Source: a virus
Strand: one strand, 5' to 3'
Length of the DNA: 64,000 nucleotides
IMG/VR virus record: IMGVR_UViG_3300007735_000779
Span: 3,334-67,333 of that record
Of the stretch, positions 18,599 through 28,777 are shown piece by piece. The position numbers were made by a program, and so were the translations under genes. The notes below the pieces were generated by a model that was not told the DNA's origin, did no database searches, and was given only the letters and a program-made list of their open reading frames with translations. How positions within the stretch are numbered: the stretch's first letter is position 1; every line of letters begins with the position of its first letter.

Positions 18599-19534
18599 TT
18601 AGCTAGCCATGTATGATATTGCTTGTGAGGAAGTTCTAGCACGAATATAAATTTTATTAAGATTTGTTATATCCAAGAATACGCTTTCTCCGGGATCAAG
18701 CTCATACCCAAGGCTGGCTACTCCGTCCGAATTGATGTAGATCAAGTCGGTATTCAAAGCAGATGCCTTCATCTGGATTCCGTTTCCTGTGGTGTATCCT
18801 GAGGGATATAAAGAAGTAACTCCAGTTGTTGCGGTCGTTCGTCCTGCAACGAAAGCGGTCGGTCTTCCAACTCCATATGCAATGAAGTTATTGTTCAAAG
18901 TTACCAATTGGCCATAGATTCCCGTTAGGCCATTGGTAATATTTGTGTCGTAAATATTTACTGTACCGGAAACTCCAGCAACTACCGGATATCCACCGCT
19001 GTTACCTTCAATACGAATGGCAGAAGTTGATCCATAGTTCTGTACGTAGATAACTGGGTTAATGCTGGCGGTTACGGTAATGTCTTGTACGGAAACGCGT
19101 ATTGCGCTTCCTGACATTCCTACGGCTACACCAGCTGAACTTACGAGAGTTGTAGGAACAAAGGTATTTCCATTATAACCATAAATTTTGATGCTATCTG
19201 TATTGTAGTTTAGTGGAATTCCTCCAGTGATCGCCAGTGGAGCTCCAGTTGTTCCCAAAATACTTACCGTTCCCTGTATTCTTACGGGATCTCCTGCGCT
19301 GTTACCGACGACGATTACCGGGTTGGTAAAGTTTACGATGTTCGCAGTGACGCCTGCTGATAAGATTACAGGGAATGGATTTGTCGAGCTTACGATGCTG
19401 GCCGAACCAGTATCGCCGTATGCCATCTTGTATACCTGGTAGTGAGCTCCACCTACAACGTTTGTTGCTATAGAAGCGGTATAACCAGTTGCGGCATTAA
19501 TAGGAATGTTTGGTGTATTTGCAGGTGTAGCCAT
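18599..19534 (-). CDS. Hypothetical G/T/A-rich virion structural (fibre-like) protein
   Basis: Minus-strand TATAAATA at 19562-19555; HYQVYKMAYG...VSSTNPFPV N-terminal motif. Confidence 0.6.
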   Translation of the reverse strand: MATPANTPNIPINAATGYTASIATNVVGGAHYQVYKMAYGDTGSASIVSSTNPFPVILSAGVTANIVNFTNPVIVVGNSAGDPVRIQGTVSILGTTGAPLAITGGIPLNYNTDSIKIYGYNGNTFVPTTLVSSAGVAVGMSGSAIRVSVQDITVTASINPVIYVQNYGSTSAIRIEGNSGGYPVVAGVSGTVNIYDTNITNGLTGIYGQLVTLNNNFIAYGVGRPTAFVAGRTTATTGVTSLYPSGYTTGNGIQMKASALNTDLIYINSDGVASLGYELDPGESVFLDITNLNKIYIRARTSSQAISYMAS

Positions 19535-19574
19535 AGTTTATCCAAATTCAAAGATATTTATACTAGTTTAAGGG

Positions 19575-19603
19575 TTGATAATTTTTTTAAAACATGATAA
19601 AAT
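19575..19603 (+). promoter_or_regulatory. Sigma70-type promoter of gp33
   Basis: TTGATA-17 nt-TAAAAT, 6 nt before ATG 19610. Confidence 0.6.
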
Positions 19604-19609
19604 ATGCAT

Positions 19610-19846
19610 ATGTATTTAGATGAAAAAGCAAAATTAACATTCTCTTCCAAAATTATGGAGAGAGTTCAACGAACAAAATTGACATATATGGACTGTGTTA
19701 TAGAACTTGCAGAAGAAATGGGCATAGAACCAAATACGGCTGGCAAACTTTTGACCAAACCAATTATTGAAAAAATTCAAGAAGAAGCAAAAGACAAACA
19801 TTTTTTGAAGGGAGCCAAAGTTAAAAAGCTCCCGATTGACGGTTGA
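19610..19846 (+). CDS. 33: Late transcription coactivator gp33
   Basis: TYMDCVIELAEE..IEP....KLL...IIEKIQEEA; immediately upstream of gp32. Confidence 0.85.
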   Translation: MYLDEKAKLTFSSKIMERVQRTKLTYMDCVIELAEEMGIEPNTAGKLLTKPIIEKIQEEAKDKHFLKGAKVKKLPIDG

Positions 19847-19923
19847 CTCAGTCAATAAATATGGTAGAATATATCTGTCAGGGATAGTCTCTGACAATCA
19901 TTTAGGTCCGGGTAGTTCCCGGA
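19843..19923 (+). promoter_or_regulatory. gp32 promoters (sigma70 TTGACT/TAGAAT; late AATAAATA at 19854) and twin-hairpin leader
   Basis: Hairpins at 19876-19896 and 19907-19923 upstream of the SD. Confidence 0.55.
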
Positions 19924-19938
19924 GAAAGAAAGGTTATT

Positions 19939-20799
19939 ATGAGTTTTTCAGATTTTAAGAAGCGTAGTAAGAATTCCATCGAAGATCTCAGCAAGAAGCT
20001 TGAGAGCCTCAATAGCAAGGAAAGCTACAAGGACGAGCGGTTCTGGAAGCCCGGGATCGATTCCGCCAAGAATGGTTATGCAGTGATCCGTTTCCTGCCT
20101 CCTACGGAAGGCGAAGACGTTCCGTTCATTAAGTTGTACTCCCACGCATTTCAGGGTAAGGGTGGCTGGCTGATTGAAAACTGCCGCACTAGCCTTGGAG
20201 AGAAGTGCCCCATCTGTGAGACCAACACGGAACTGTGGAACAGCGGTCTTGAGGAAGACAAGGACATTGCTCGTAAGCGCAAGCGTAAGCTCAATTACGT
20301 CAGCAACATTCTTGTAATCAATGATCCAAACAACTCCGACAACGAGGGCAAGGTGTTCTTGTTCAAGTACGGAACCAAGATCTTTGAGAAGGTTCAGGCT
20401 CTGATGAGCCCCGAGTTCAAGGATGAGGCAGCAACCGATCCGTTTAACTTCTGGGAAGGAGCAGACTTTAAGCTGAAGATTCGTAATGTTGGCGGGTACG
20501 TCAACTATGATCGCAGCGAATTTGCTGGTCCGTCTCCCCTGATGGGCGGAGATGACAAGAAGCTTGAGGCGCTGTGGAAGAAGCAGTACAAGCTTCAGGA
20601 GTTCATGAGTCCTTCAAACTTTAAGTCTTATGACGAGTTGAAGGATCGCTTCAAGAAGACTGTTGGTGAGGATATCCGTGAGCAGTTTGACACGGCATCC
20701 GAAAAGACGATTGAGGATGATTCTAGCGTTGAACAGGTGCCGTCAGAGGACACTGATACGTTGGATTACTTCAAGTCTCTTAAGAACAAGAACGACTGA
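19939..20799 (+). CDS. 32: Single-stranded DNA-binding protein gp32
   Basis: DERFWKP, GYAVIRFLP, HAFQG, ENC...CPICE, DPFNFWEGADFKLKIR; acidic tail. Confidence 0.97.
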   Translation: MSFSDFKKRSKNSIEDLSKKLESLNSKESYKDERFWKPGIDSAKNGYAVIRFLPPTEGEDVPFIKLYSHAFQGKGGWLIENCRTSLGEKCPICETNTELWNSGLEEDKDIARKRKRKLNYVSNILVINDPNNSDNEGKVFLFKYGTKIFEKVQALMSPEFKDEAATDPFNFWEGADFKLKIRNVGGYVNYDRSEFAGPSPLMGGDDKKLEALWKKQYKLQEFMSPSNFKSYDELKDRFKKTVGEDIREQFDTASEKTIEDDSSVEQVPSEDTDTLDYFKSLKNKND

Positions 20800-20802
20800 A
20801 GG

Positions 20803-20826
20803 GGCCCCCGAAAGGGGGCTTTTTTA
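20803..20826 (+). terminator. Rho-independent terminator
   Basis: GCCCCC-GAAA-GGGGGC followed by T-run. Confidence 0.9.
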
Positions 20827-21435
20827 TTAACCTCTCCAGAATGGCATACCGCTAATCTGGTTTGCAGTCAAAGAAAATAGAGATTGGGTGGCTGGCACTG
20901 TATAGTGTTGGTCATCAAAATCTCTTTTTTCATTTATCTTTGCAACAAAGTTTATTGATTTTTGAACACTCTCAAATGCTGGTACAAGTTTTTTCAAAGT
21001 ATCCATTGATACTTTTTCTTTGCTGTATTTTTCCGCTTGCTGTTGAAGTTTTTTCAGACCTTCTTCAGACTGTTCTATCTTTGGTGCTTGCGGTGCAACT
21101 GGAGTTGTAACAGGATTGGCGACAGAAAGAGTTGGTTGAGCAATGACCTGTTTACTTGGTATTTGCGGATTGTTTAAACTTTTTTGAAACGTTTCTAATA
21201 CTTTTTCAGATAGTTTTTTTCCTGTTGCTCTCTCTGCTTGTTTTTGTAATTCTTCGACACTAAATTGTTTTGGAGGAGCAGGAGCACGTACTGCGGTTGT
21301 CCCTTTTTGTAAAGTGACAGAATCCTTTGGGCTCGCAGGAGCAGGGGTTTGGGGTTTATTTTGACCTACAGCAGAGACCTTTGGTGTGCCGGATTTGGTT
21401 TTGTTGTCGCCTACAATGGAATCTTTGTTGTTCAT
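20827..21435 (-). CDS. Hypothetical P/Q/K-rich protein at the end of the baseplate hub operon
   Basis: Follows the gp51-like gene; low complexity. Confidence 0.55.
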   Translation of the reverse strand: MNNKDSIVGDNKTKSGTPKVSAVGQNKPQTPAPASPKDSVTLQKGTTAVRAPAPPKQFSVEELQKQAERATGKKLSEKVLETFQKSLNNPQIPSKQVIAQPTLSVANPVTTPVAPQAPKIEQSEEGLKKLQQQAEKYSKEKVSMDTLKKLVPAFESVQKSINFVAKINEKRDFDDQHYTVPATQSLFSLTANQISGMPFWRG

Positions 21436-21436
21436 T

Positions 21437-21628
21437 TTAAGACATCATGCTCCTGTTAAGTTCTTCTTGTTTTTCTCTCGCTTCCATCTCCATCTGGTCG
21501 TTTAACATTATGATGTAAATGTCGTATTCCCAAGGGTACATGTTTTCAATCTCTGTAACACTCAAACGTTTGCTATTTGTCAACAAAAAAACTACTTTGT
21601 AATAATCAATTAAATTAAAATAATTCAC
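21437..21628 (-). CDS. 51: Baseplate hub assembly catalyst gp51-like
   Basis: YYK..F.L.....LS.TEIENMYPWEYDIYI motif. Confidence 0.8.
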   Translation of the reverse strand: MNYFNLIDYYKVVFLLTNSKRLSVTEIENMYPWEYDIYIIMLNDQMEMEAREKQEELNRSMMS

Positions 21629-21630
21629 AC

Positions 21631-22302
21631 TTAAGTAAAAAAACGCAAAAAGCCCTCAATCAATACCGGATCATTTTCTGTTTCTATCGTATATGTCAGT
21701 CGTGGAGAATTTTTAATAAATTCTGTAAGTTTTGAAGAATCCTTTAATACGATTTCATCAATTATCTTTTGTATATCATCTGATTTTAATATTTGCAAAT
21801 CGTATCTAATTTTATCAATCGAGATGCCCTTTATTGTTTTTATTAATAATTGGGATTCATCAAGTTCTTCTAAATCAAAGTAATCTGCGACAACAGGCTG
21901 TTTTAGCTCAACCTGAACATTGTTGTTTACCAATATTTTTTTGTTCAATTCACCTGGTTGATATTTTATATCTCCAACGTTTAGGTTAAAGAGAATAGGA
22001 GGATCCCCTTCAATCTGCAATTTAATGTTTTCCTCTACGCTCTTTGACCGTATTTGCAAAAACAAAAATTCCAAATCGGCAATGTATAAAGATTCTGGCT
22101 TCTCAACATTTGAACAACTTTTGATTATATTACAGATGTTCTGTAAAATAACTCCAATCTTGGATTGTTCTGCAATAAGAGAAATAATTTTTTGGTCTCT
22201 CATTTTATATGGAGAGTATATTATTTCTTTTCCTGACACGGGAAGTTTTGTTTTATATTCAGGCTGGCTTTGTTTTAATTTATTTAAAATTTCATCAATC
22301 AT
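21631..22302 (-). CDS. 26: Baseplate hub subunit gp26-like
   Basis: PEY..KLPVSGKEI.Y.PY...DQKI, DLEFLFLQIRSKSVEE and C-terminal IEGF..FF. Confidence 0.85.
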   Translation of the reverse strand: MIDEILNKLKQSQPEYKTKLPVSGKEIIYSPYKMRDQKIISLIAEQSKIGVILQNICNIIKSCSNVEKPESLYIADLEFLFLQIRSKSVEENIKLQIEGDPPILFNLNVGDIKYQPGELNKKILVNNNVQVELKQPVVADYFDLEELDESQLLIKTIKGISIDKIRYDLQILKSDDIQKIIDEIVLKDSSKLTEFIKNSPRLTYTIETENDPVLIEGFLRFFT

Positions 22303-22320
22303 AAAAAGTACTCATCAATC

Positions 22321-22905
22321 TTATGTGGTTAAATCTTCAAAGGTGTAATTTCTAAATGCAAATCTTACAGTTAGCTTTAGATATTCGTTATTAGACATTG
22401 TCGATAGCTGCATGGGGGCTAGTTCTACAGGAAAGGTTTCGGTAAAAACGTATCTACCAGACTGAGTTCCGTTTAAGTCCAAAAGATCAACAGTAATGCT
22501 TGAACCTAATACCGAACTGTCATAGTAGTCCGTAACCCAAGTTTGACCAGATAATGCATATCCGCCTGCTCTAATTGCATAAAAACTCTTAATCCATTTA
22601 TTCATAACATTTAAAAAGTTTAAATTTCCGAATATTGGAAAGGTTATCATAAGACCATCTGTATATGAAAGTCCTCTTGGCGACGTTCTTCCTAATCCCG
22701 GTCCTGCCAAACCATCGGCTTGTGTTGTAACCGCTATATCTGGAAACAAAACTGTTTCTGCCATATATTGGTTACTTGCGTTGTTTCCTAGCTCACTAAT
22801 AAATTTTTGATTGTTTATTGTTACCAAAAATCTATTTGTTCTCTGTAGCCCACCTGCCTCGGCTACTTTGTCTTTTAATCCCTTAATTGAAATGTCAATT
22901 GCCAT
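22321..22905 (-). CDS. 54: Baseplate tail-tube initiator gp54-like (tube fold)
   Basis: GLQRTNRFLVTI, ETFPVEL, LTVRFAFR; synteny. Confidence 0.7.
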   Translation of the reverse strand: MAIDISIKGLKDKVAEAGGLQRTNRFLVTINNQKFISELGNNASNQYMAETVLFPDIAVTTQADGLAGPGLGRTSPRGLSYTDGLMITFPIFGNLNFLNVMNKWIKSFYAIRAGGYALSGQTWVTDYYDSSVLGSSITVDLLDLNGTQSGRYVFTETFPVELAPMQLSTMSNNEYLKLTVRFAFRNYTFEDLTT

Positions 22906-23314
22906 TGAAGAGCTCCTCTTCTGTTAAAATTTTAAATTCAATATTATGTTTATTACAAAAATTTGAAGCAGCTTGCCATTTGGCCTTGTTTATTTCAAAT
23001 AAAACTCTTTCATTTTTTGATGCTGATTCCCTGAGCTTGACTTGCTTTTTTGGTTTGACTTCTATTAACATGCTTTTTTTCTGATTGTTGTTTTCTACTT
23101 GCACCAAAAAGTCAGGTATATATCGGTGAACCTTTTTGTCGATTGGGCTAACGTATGGGATTTCAACTTCTTCAAATGACCATTTTTTGACGTTTTTGTT
23201 TTCGTCCAAAAATTTACAAACTCTGCGTTCCCACAGAGATCGACATGTAAGCTCTTTCTTTTCGCCTACATATTTGTTTATATTTTTGGGTGTAAATCGG
23301 GTTTTATATGCCAT
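22895..23314 (-). CDS. 4: Head completion nuclease gp4 (TnsA-like PD-(D/E)XK)
   Basis: MAYK..F.PKN..KY.G, RSLWER, IPY.SPID..HRY.PDF, IEVKP, N.AKW.AA. Confidence 0.92.
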   Translation of the reverse strand: MAYKTRFTPKNINKYVGEKKELTCRSLWERRVCKFLDENKNVKKWSFEEVEIPYVSPIDKKVHRYIPDFLVQVENNNQKKSMLIEVKPKKQVKLRESASKNERVLFEINKAKWQAASNFCNKHNIEFKILTEEELFNGN

Positions 23315-23323
23315 TTTCAAAAA

Positions 23324-23351
23324 TATTTAGGTATATTCCTGTGCCTAAATA
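23324..23351. promoter_or_regulatory. Divergent pair of late promoters (CTAAATA on each strand)
   Basis: Minus strand 23330-23324 and plus strand 23345-23351, between gp4 and gp48. Confidence 0.65.
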
Positions 23352-23360
23352 ATTTTATAT

Positions 23361-24155
23361 ATGGCATATACAACATACCAGTACCCACTAGGAGCATATG
23401 CACAAGAACAGCCGTTTTGGTGTGTATTTGCGTGTGCTGAGTATTCTGTACTTAATACCAAAAGAACCAGAGAATATATACGAAGTAATTCTCTAGTGGA
23501 CATTTATCTTCCATTTACAAGTGAACCCAAAATGGTGATGGAACATAAATTTGTAGAAGGAACCAATCCAGTTGGTCCCGTTCTGAGTTTGGCCTCTTTA
23601 AAGAATACTAGTGGAGGAGATGATACGTTTTTAGAACGTCTTGCTGCTCCTACAGCCGCATTTTATGAAAATACATTTACAACCGATACTTTTAGAAGAT
23701 TTAGTAATGTAACTGAAGCTTCTTTGACAAGCGAAGCAAGAAGAACATTTACTTTTAAGTATTTGTTTGTTCCTAAAAACGATGCCGAAGCAAAACAAGT
23801 TGATGCTATTATTACGACTTTTAGAAATCTATCTTATCCAAAAGTTGTTCCTGGTTTACCGGAAAGAACGTTTCCTCAAAATTTATGGACAATAACAGCT
23901 CTTGCAAATGGAGCAGACGGTCAGTCTGGCTTCCTGACCAATAGCTGGCTGGGCGATCCTCTTGTTTGTGTTCTTCAGGCAATGGAAGTAGATCGCGGAG
24001 ATCCAAACGATCCAGTATTAAAGATTTTGCCAAATGGAAGACCGCTAACTAGCTTAATGACGGTTACGTTTGTGGAATTTGAAACAGGTACATATGCACC
24101 TAGTCGTGGTCTATTGAGCAAATCTGAAGTCTCTGCCCTTGGAAGGTTTATATAA
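23361..24155 (+). CDS. 48: Baseplate tail-tube cap gp48-like
   Basis: IYLP, RTFTFKYLFVPKNDAEA....II.TFR..SYP, MTVTFVE. Confidence 0.75.
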   Translation: MAYTTYQYPLGAYAQEQPFWCVFACAEYSVLNTKRTREYIRSNSLVDIYLPFTSEPKMVMEHKFVEGTNPVGPVLSLASLKNTSGGDDTFLERLAAPTAAFYENTFTTDTFRRFSNVTEASLTSEARRTFTFKYLFVPKNDAEAKQVDAIITTFRNLSYPKVVPGLPERTFPQNLWTITALANGADGQSGFLTNSWLGDPLVCVLQAMEVDRGDPNDPVLKILPNGRPLTSLMTVTFVEFETGTYAPSRGLLSKSEVSALGRFI

Positions 24156-25075
24156 TGGAATACTTTAGTTCATTTCCTACCGTCACAGAATCTGTAAACG
24201 GAAATAATGTCACACGCGTTGATATATCATATGCGACTTTAGATGACTCTGAAGATTATCAATCATTTTCTTATAACTCAAATGGGAAAAAAGAAATTGG
24301 CGCAGCTTCATTGGGCGTATATAAAGATGCAAATGACTTCTGGGCTTTGATGTTTGCAAATGATGCCACGAATCCTTGGACTATAATCCCGGTCGATCCA
24401 TATCAAAATTCTTTAGATAACAGTCAATATTCTGCTATATTTGGAAAATACAGCGGAGCCACTAAATTAGATCCTAACGCATACGTTACATTTAAAGATG
24501 GAGATATTTTAGTTGTCGGGCAGTACCCACCAGGAGCAACAGCAGCAAAAGATGTTTTTGCTTTTTACGAAACCGAAGGTTTTTATATGTGGTTTGTGCA
24601 AAAAGCATTTGCAGACACAAAAAAAGCCAAGGTTACACCAAATATAAATTTAAACACAATAGAAGTCATGGAAGACATAGCCGATCCCGATATTGTCCCG
24701 GCAACAATAAATTATATTACTCTTCGCAAAGGAAATGATGGGTATGCTATATTGCCAAGTCTTGGAGGAGCGTCTGGTGGAAGTTCATATGTTTCAAACC
24801 TAAAAGCTTATTCATACGAAGATTCTCCTGCGTACTTCACCCCAAAGGACACAAATGATTTTGTTTCCCCAGAAACAGCAATAGAAGGTACCAGTGATAG
24901 CATCATTACAGTAATTGCAAACGATTCTGCTGGTGCAACTGCAGTTCAAACCTATTCAGAGACCTATAAACAAATTTCTACAAAAGAAGTGTATAAGAGC
25001 AATTACCAAGCTTCTTCGTTTCTTAAATATATCACACAAGGTAATTTTAGTACTATTTTAGGTAAGTTGGTTTAA
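24155..25075 (+). CDS. 53: Baseplate wedge gp53-like
   Basis: MEYFSSFP, VY.D...FWALMFAND..NPW. Confidence 0.7.
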   Translation: MEYFSSFPTVTESVNGNNVTRVDISYATLDDSEDYQSFSYNSNGKKEIGAASLGVYKDANDFWALMFANDATNPWTIIPVDPYQNSLDNSQYSAIFGKYSGATKLDPNAYVTFKDGDILVVGQYPPGATAAKDVFAFYETEGFYMWFVQKAFADTKKAKVTPNINLNTIEVMEDIADPDIVPATINYITLRKGNDGYAILPSLGGASGGSSYVSNLKAYSYEDSPAYFTPKDTNDFVSPETAIEGTSDSIITVIANDSAGATAVQTYSETYKQISTKEVYKSNYQASSFLKYITQGNFSTILGKLV

Positions 25076-25078
25076 TTT

Positions 25079-27574
25079 ATGACAGACTATAATCCTATCT
25101 CTTCTCCGATTGTTTCTATTGTTTTACATTCAGAGCTAACCAAACAAAACTCTTCTACATTCCGAAGTTCTTCAGAATCTTCAAATTCTGGTTCTGGTGA
25201 AGCAAGCGGAGACTCCGCCAGCTCTGAAGGTATTGACTTTGATGTAATGGTCAAAAACCAATTTTGTCAGTTTGAAAGATTGGAAATGGAAGAGAGTGTT
25301 CTTAATACATTTCCTACGGGCGTATTGATTGTAAGAGATATAACAGACGTTATGTCTTACATAGCCAGAAAAGAAATAAAAAGTATAATTGTAACATTTG
25401 ATTCTGGAGAAATCTTTAAGTGGTACATAACATCTGTTTCTTATATTAACAATGCTGCATCCGAAATGGATCAAGCATTTATTGCAATTTATTTTACAAA
25501 TAGTATATTTAAAGAGTCTCAAACAAAATCTTTTTACGAAGAAAAAAAATTGGTGTTCAACCAAGAGACGGGAAAGTACGAAGCACAAGGAACACAAGAT
25601 CTTTGGCTTATGGACTATCCGTTTGTCACAACACATAAACATATTATACAGACATATGGAATACATCCTGTATTTGAAAAACCTCTCTATCCGGTAAAAG
25701 ATGCCGAGGGAAATGAAGTTACATTAAATGGCTGTGGCGTAAATCTTTATATAAAAAATATAGAAGAACCTGTAAATTATGTCTTGTTCCGCCCTAGAGT
25801 ATCAGATCCTCAAAGAAGAGAACAGCTGCAGAGTAATATTATAACTTATTTGAATTATATATTCACATATGCTGTAAATTCAAAAAAACAACCATACTAT
25901 TTGTTTTGGACCGATTTTTCAAATTCTTTAAATTATAAATGTTTTAATCTTAGAAATGATTTAGAGTCTGGTCAATTTAGTTTTGCCAAACCAAATACCG
26001 ATCCGGGTCGTATTGAAATATATGGAGTATATAATTCACCAGACCAATCCCGAGAACTTGATGTGATGGGTGAGTTGCTCCCATGTAAAAAAATATATGT
26101 TGCAGTCACAAACCCTGCATACACTATTAACCAAAAAAATTACTACTACTTAAGAAACAATCCAGTTTATCTAGAAGAACCATTTTACAAAATATCTGGA
26201 TCTACTGCCGATCCGTTGCACCTTATGTCTTCGTTTATGTCCGAGAGCGCAAACACGCTTCTTACGACTGTAACACAATGGTCTGCTACCGATTCAAGCG
26301 GATTGACATACGATCAAAAAATTCAATATTCTGCGGCATGGGACAGCAATTTGGTAAATCTTCCAGATAAGGGATATTGGGGATTTGCCGGTGACTTTAA
26401 CCAATATAACAATAAAATTAATACTGTAGATGCCATCAGTTCATATGAAAATTTTGCAAACCATGTGGATTCTACTCCAATAGGTCTGCGGGATACGGTA
26501 AATAAAAACGGAACTCTTAAAAAGACTCCTCTATATCCGTTCAATGACAATCGTTACATCTGGCAATACCAATACGATTTAACACGAACCCATCCTAATA
26601 TTGTTATGGGTAGCAGAACGGAAATTGATAAAGAATCACAAGAAGAAGTAACATATTCCGAAATTCAAGAATTGGATTTTTACGAAGAAATAAATGCTTT
26701 ATTAAATGAGCAACAATCAGCAGATGCTGACAATTCCAGCGGAATAGACATAGAAATTGTTTCTAAATTAATGGATGTAAACTTTAATAAAGTTATGGAC
26801 TGTAAGTACAGACCCATGGGTGCAATTGGCGGGACCTATGATAATTTTAGACGGAAACAATTAGAAAAAACAGAAAAAGAAAACTTTGTTGCACACGTTT
26901 TGTGTTGCATGGGCAAACCAATATACAGCGAAGAATCTTTCTTTGCCAAGATTACAGGATTTGTTAGAGATCTTCGTTATGTTGAAACTGAGGCTGTTGG
27001 AGTTGGAGGAGATGTATACGGAGCTCTATCGGATGGTTGGTTGTACTCTTGGAAAAAATTGGAAGTAGGCGAATACATTGGTGGGGCAACAGGATCAACT
27101 GGGCCCTCAATAGAGGCTGTAGCAAGCAAGTATCAGTTAATGCAGTCTTGGACGGATAGCCAGTGCGTTGGTTCTACTGGAAGCCCAACTGGTGCAGTCG
27201 AAGGAACAGATGGATTTACGGGCATTGCTACGTGGGCAATAAATATCAATGAACGTTTGAATTTAAAGTACGTTCCTAAATTCTCCGGACAAGAAGCATC
27301 ACCAGAAATTGACAATTATTTGGGTCCAGGATATTACAGACCAAATATAACCGATAATGGAAACTTTGCATATAGACCAATTGGTTATACGGGTTCAAAT
27401 TTCAACACATCAGCAAATCCTGTTGGTGGAGCAAATCATATTGTAAAAATGTATAAACTACCAATAAATGATATTAGAGATATGGGTTGTCTTGCCCCAT
27501 TAGAAAACCTAGAAGGACAGTATCTTTATTATTTCGCAGCAGAAAATATCGTAGACGGATCTTGCAATGGCTAA
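25079..27574 (+). CDS. Baseplate hub-like protein, N-terminal part (gp27/late-control-D-like)
   Basis: LEMEESVLNTFPTGVLIVRD N-terminal motif; position after gp53. Confidence 0.5.
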   Translation: MTDYNPISSPIVSIVLHSELTKQNSSTFRSSSESSNSGSGEASGDSASSEGIDFDVMVKNQFCQFERLEMEESVLNTFPTGVLIVRDITDVMSYIARKEIKSIIVTFDSGEIFKWYITSVSYINNAASEMDQAFIAIYFTNSIFKESQTKSFYEEKKLVFNQETGKYEAQGTQDLWLMDYPFVTTHKHIIQTYGIHPVFEKPLYPVKDAEGNEVTLNGCGVNLYIKNIEEPVNYVLFRPRVSDPQRREQLQSNIITYLNYIFTYAVNSKKQPYYLFWTDFSNSLNYKCFNLRNDLESGQFSFAKPNTDPGRIEIYGVYNSPDQSRELDVMGELLPCKKIYVAVTNPAYTINQKNYYYLRNNPVYLEEPFYKISGSTADPLHLMSSFMSESANTLLTTVTQWSATDSSGLTYDQKIQYSAAWDSNLVNLPDKGYWGFAGDFNQYNNKINTVDAISSYENFANHVDSTPIGLRDTVNKNGTLKKTPLYPFNDNRYIWQYQYDLTRTHPNIVMGSRTEIDKESQEEVTYSEIQELDFYEEINALLNEQQSADADNSSGIDIEIVSKLMDVNFNKVMDCKYRPMGAIGGTYDNFRRKQLEKTEKENFVAHVLCCMGKPIYSEESFFAKITGFVRDLRYVETEAVGVGGDVYGALSDGWLYSWKKLEVGEYIGGATGSTGPSIEAVASKYQLMQSWTDSQCVGSTGSPTGAVEGTDGFTGIATWAININERLNLKYVPKFSGQEASPEIDNYLGPGYYRPNITDNGNFAYRPIGYTGSNFNTSANPVGGANHIVKMYKLPINDIRDMGCLAPLENLEGQYLYYFAAENIVDGSCNG

Positions 27575-28385
27575 AAGTATTAAAATAATAGGTTCGAACA
27601 TTGTTAAACTACAGAACAAAAATTCTGTAGCAAACCGAGATGAGTATGTGTGTGCAAATTCCGATATAACCAACGGAATAAAGCCAGCTCCATCTGATTT
27701 GGTCGAGTGCTATGCATCTTGGCCAGAGATAAAAGAAATTGCCGACAAACTTCTGGTGGGCACCACGTTCTCTCTTCTTATGGGGTTTGGTGGTTTAAGT
27801 GGTAGCACCGGATGTGCATGTGGAAATTCTGGAGAAAGTGGATTTACTGATTTAACTGGTAGTGGCGGAATGAGTCTGATATTCAATGAACCAGACAAAG
27901 AATGCGCAAGAATTGCAACACTTCTTGGCACGGCATGGATGGGATGTTTCTGGCCAGATCCAATGGCTTCATTTAGCTGCAATTGCCCTTTGTATGGCGA
28001 TATGTATGAAAATTATTTGAAGTATCGTCTTGGGTCTGCCACGTTCTGGAACACTCCAATTGATGCTCCGGTGCAACGTCAATACTTCAACGAGTCCGTA
28101 AAAGACGTAGTCGAAATTACAGTTGCTGGAGATTTCTCGCAACGACCGGGTGATATTGTGTATGTCAAGATGGATAACTTGACTGGATTGGCAACAAATA
28201 CATCAGATGTACCTCCTTCAAATATCAAAACTGGGTACTACTACGTCATTAGAGCAAAAAATACCATCAAAAATGATGGTGGCCACACAACAATTCTTTC
28301 TTTGACTAAATTCACTGGAGACCGATTCTATCCTCCCTATAGTGCTACAGTACCAAATGAATCTTGGATGGATGCTGTACTCTAA
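27567..28385 (+). CDS. Protein carrying the hub (gp27-like) C-terminal domain
   Basis: VEITVAGDFSQRPGDIVYV...TGYYYVIRAKNTI....HTTILSLTK. Confidence 0.55.
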   Translation: MAKSIKIIGSNIVKLQNKNSVANRDEYVCANSDITNGIKPAPSDLVECYASWPEIKEIADKLLVGTTFSLLMGFGGLSGSTGCACGNSGESGFTDLTGSGGMSLIFNEPDKECARIATLLGTAWMGCFWPDPMASFSCNCPLYGDMYENYLKYRLGSATFWNTPIDAPVQRQYFNESVKDVVEITVAGDFSQRPGDIVYVKMDNLTGLATNTSDVPPSNIKTGYYYVIRAKNTIKNDGGHTTILSLTKFTGDRFYPPYSATVPNESWMDAVL

Positions 28386-28396
28386 ATATAGGGTAA

Positions 28397-28777
28397 ATGG
28401 ATAAATTAGATTTTGATATACTTTTGACGCCAATTTACTCTGTCAATGAGAGCCAAGACGTAGCATTGGTAAGCGGTCTGGCGAGCGCAACCCAGCAGAT
28501 TAAAAATATTGTCTATTTGAATTATGGGGATAGACCATTTAATGCTGGTGTTGGGGCAGATCTTCAGAGCGTTTTTTCTTCAAATTTTGGAAGCATAGTT
28601 GCCATCAACAGAATTGTAAGTACAATTTCATATTCTGTGCCAAATATATCTGATGTATCCGCAAGTGTCTATATGACTGGGAATATTCCCAACGTAAAAA
28701 TCTTTTTTACTTATAAAACACTTACATCATATAGCCAAAACAATCAAATTATAGTACAACTGGATTCTATCATATGA
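28397..28777 (+). CDS. 25: Baseplate wedge gp25-like
   Basis: QQIKNIVYLNYGDRPFNAGVGADL; CTAAATA at 28382. Confidence 0.8.
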   Translation: MDKLDFDILLTPIYSVNESQDVALVSGLASATQQIKNIVYLNYGDRPFNAGVGADLQSVFSSNFGSIVAINRIVSTISYSVPNISDVSASVYMTGNIPNVKIFFTYKTLTSYSQNNQIIVQLDSII

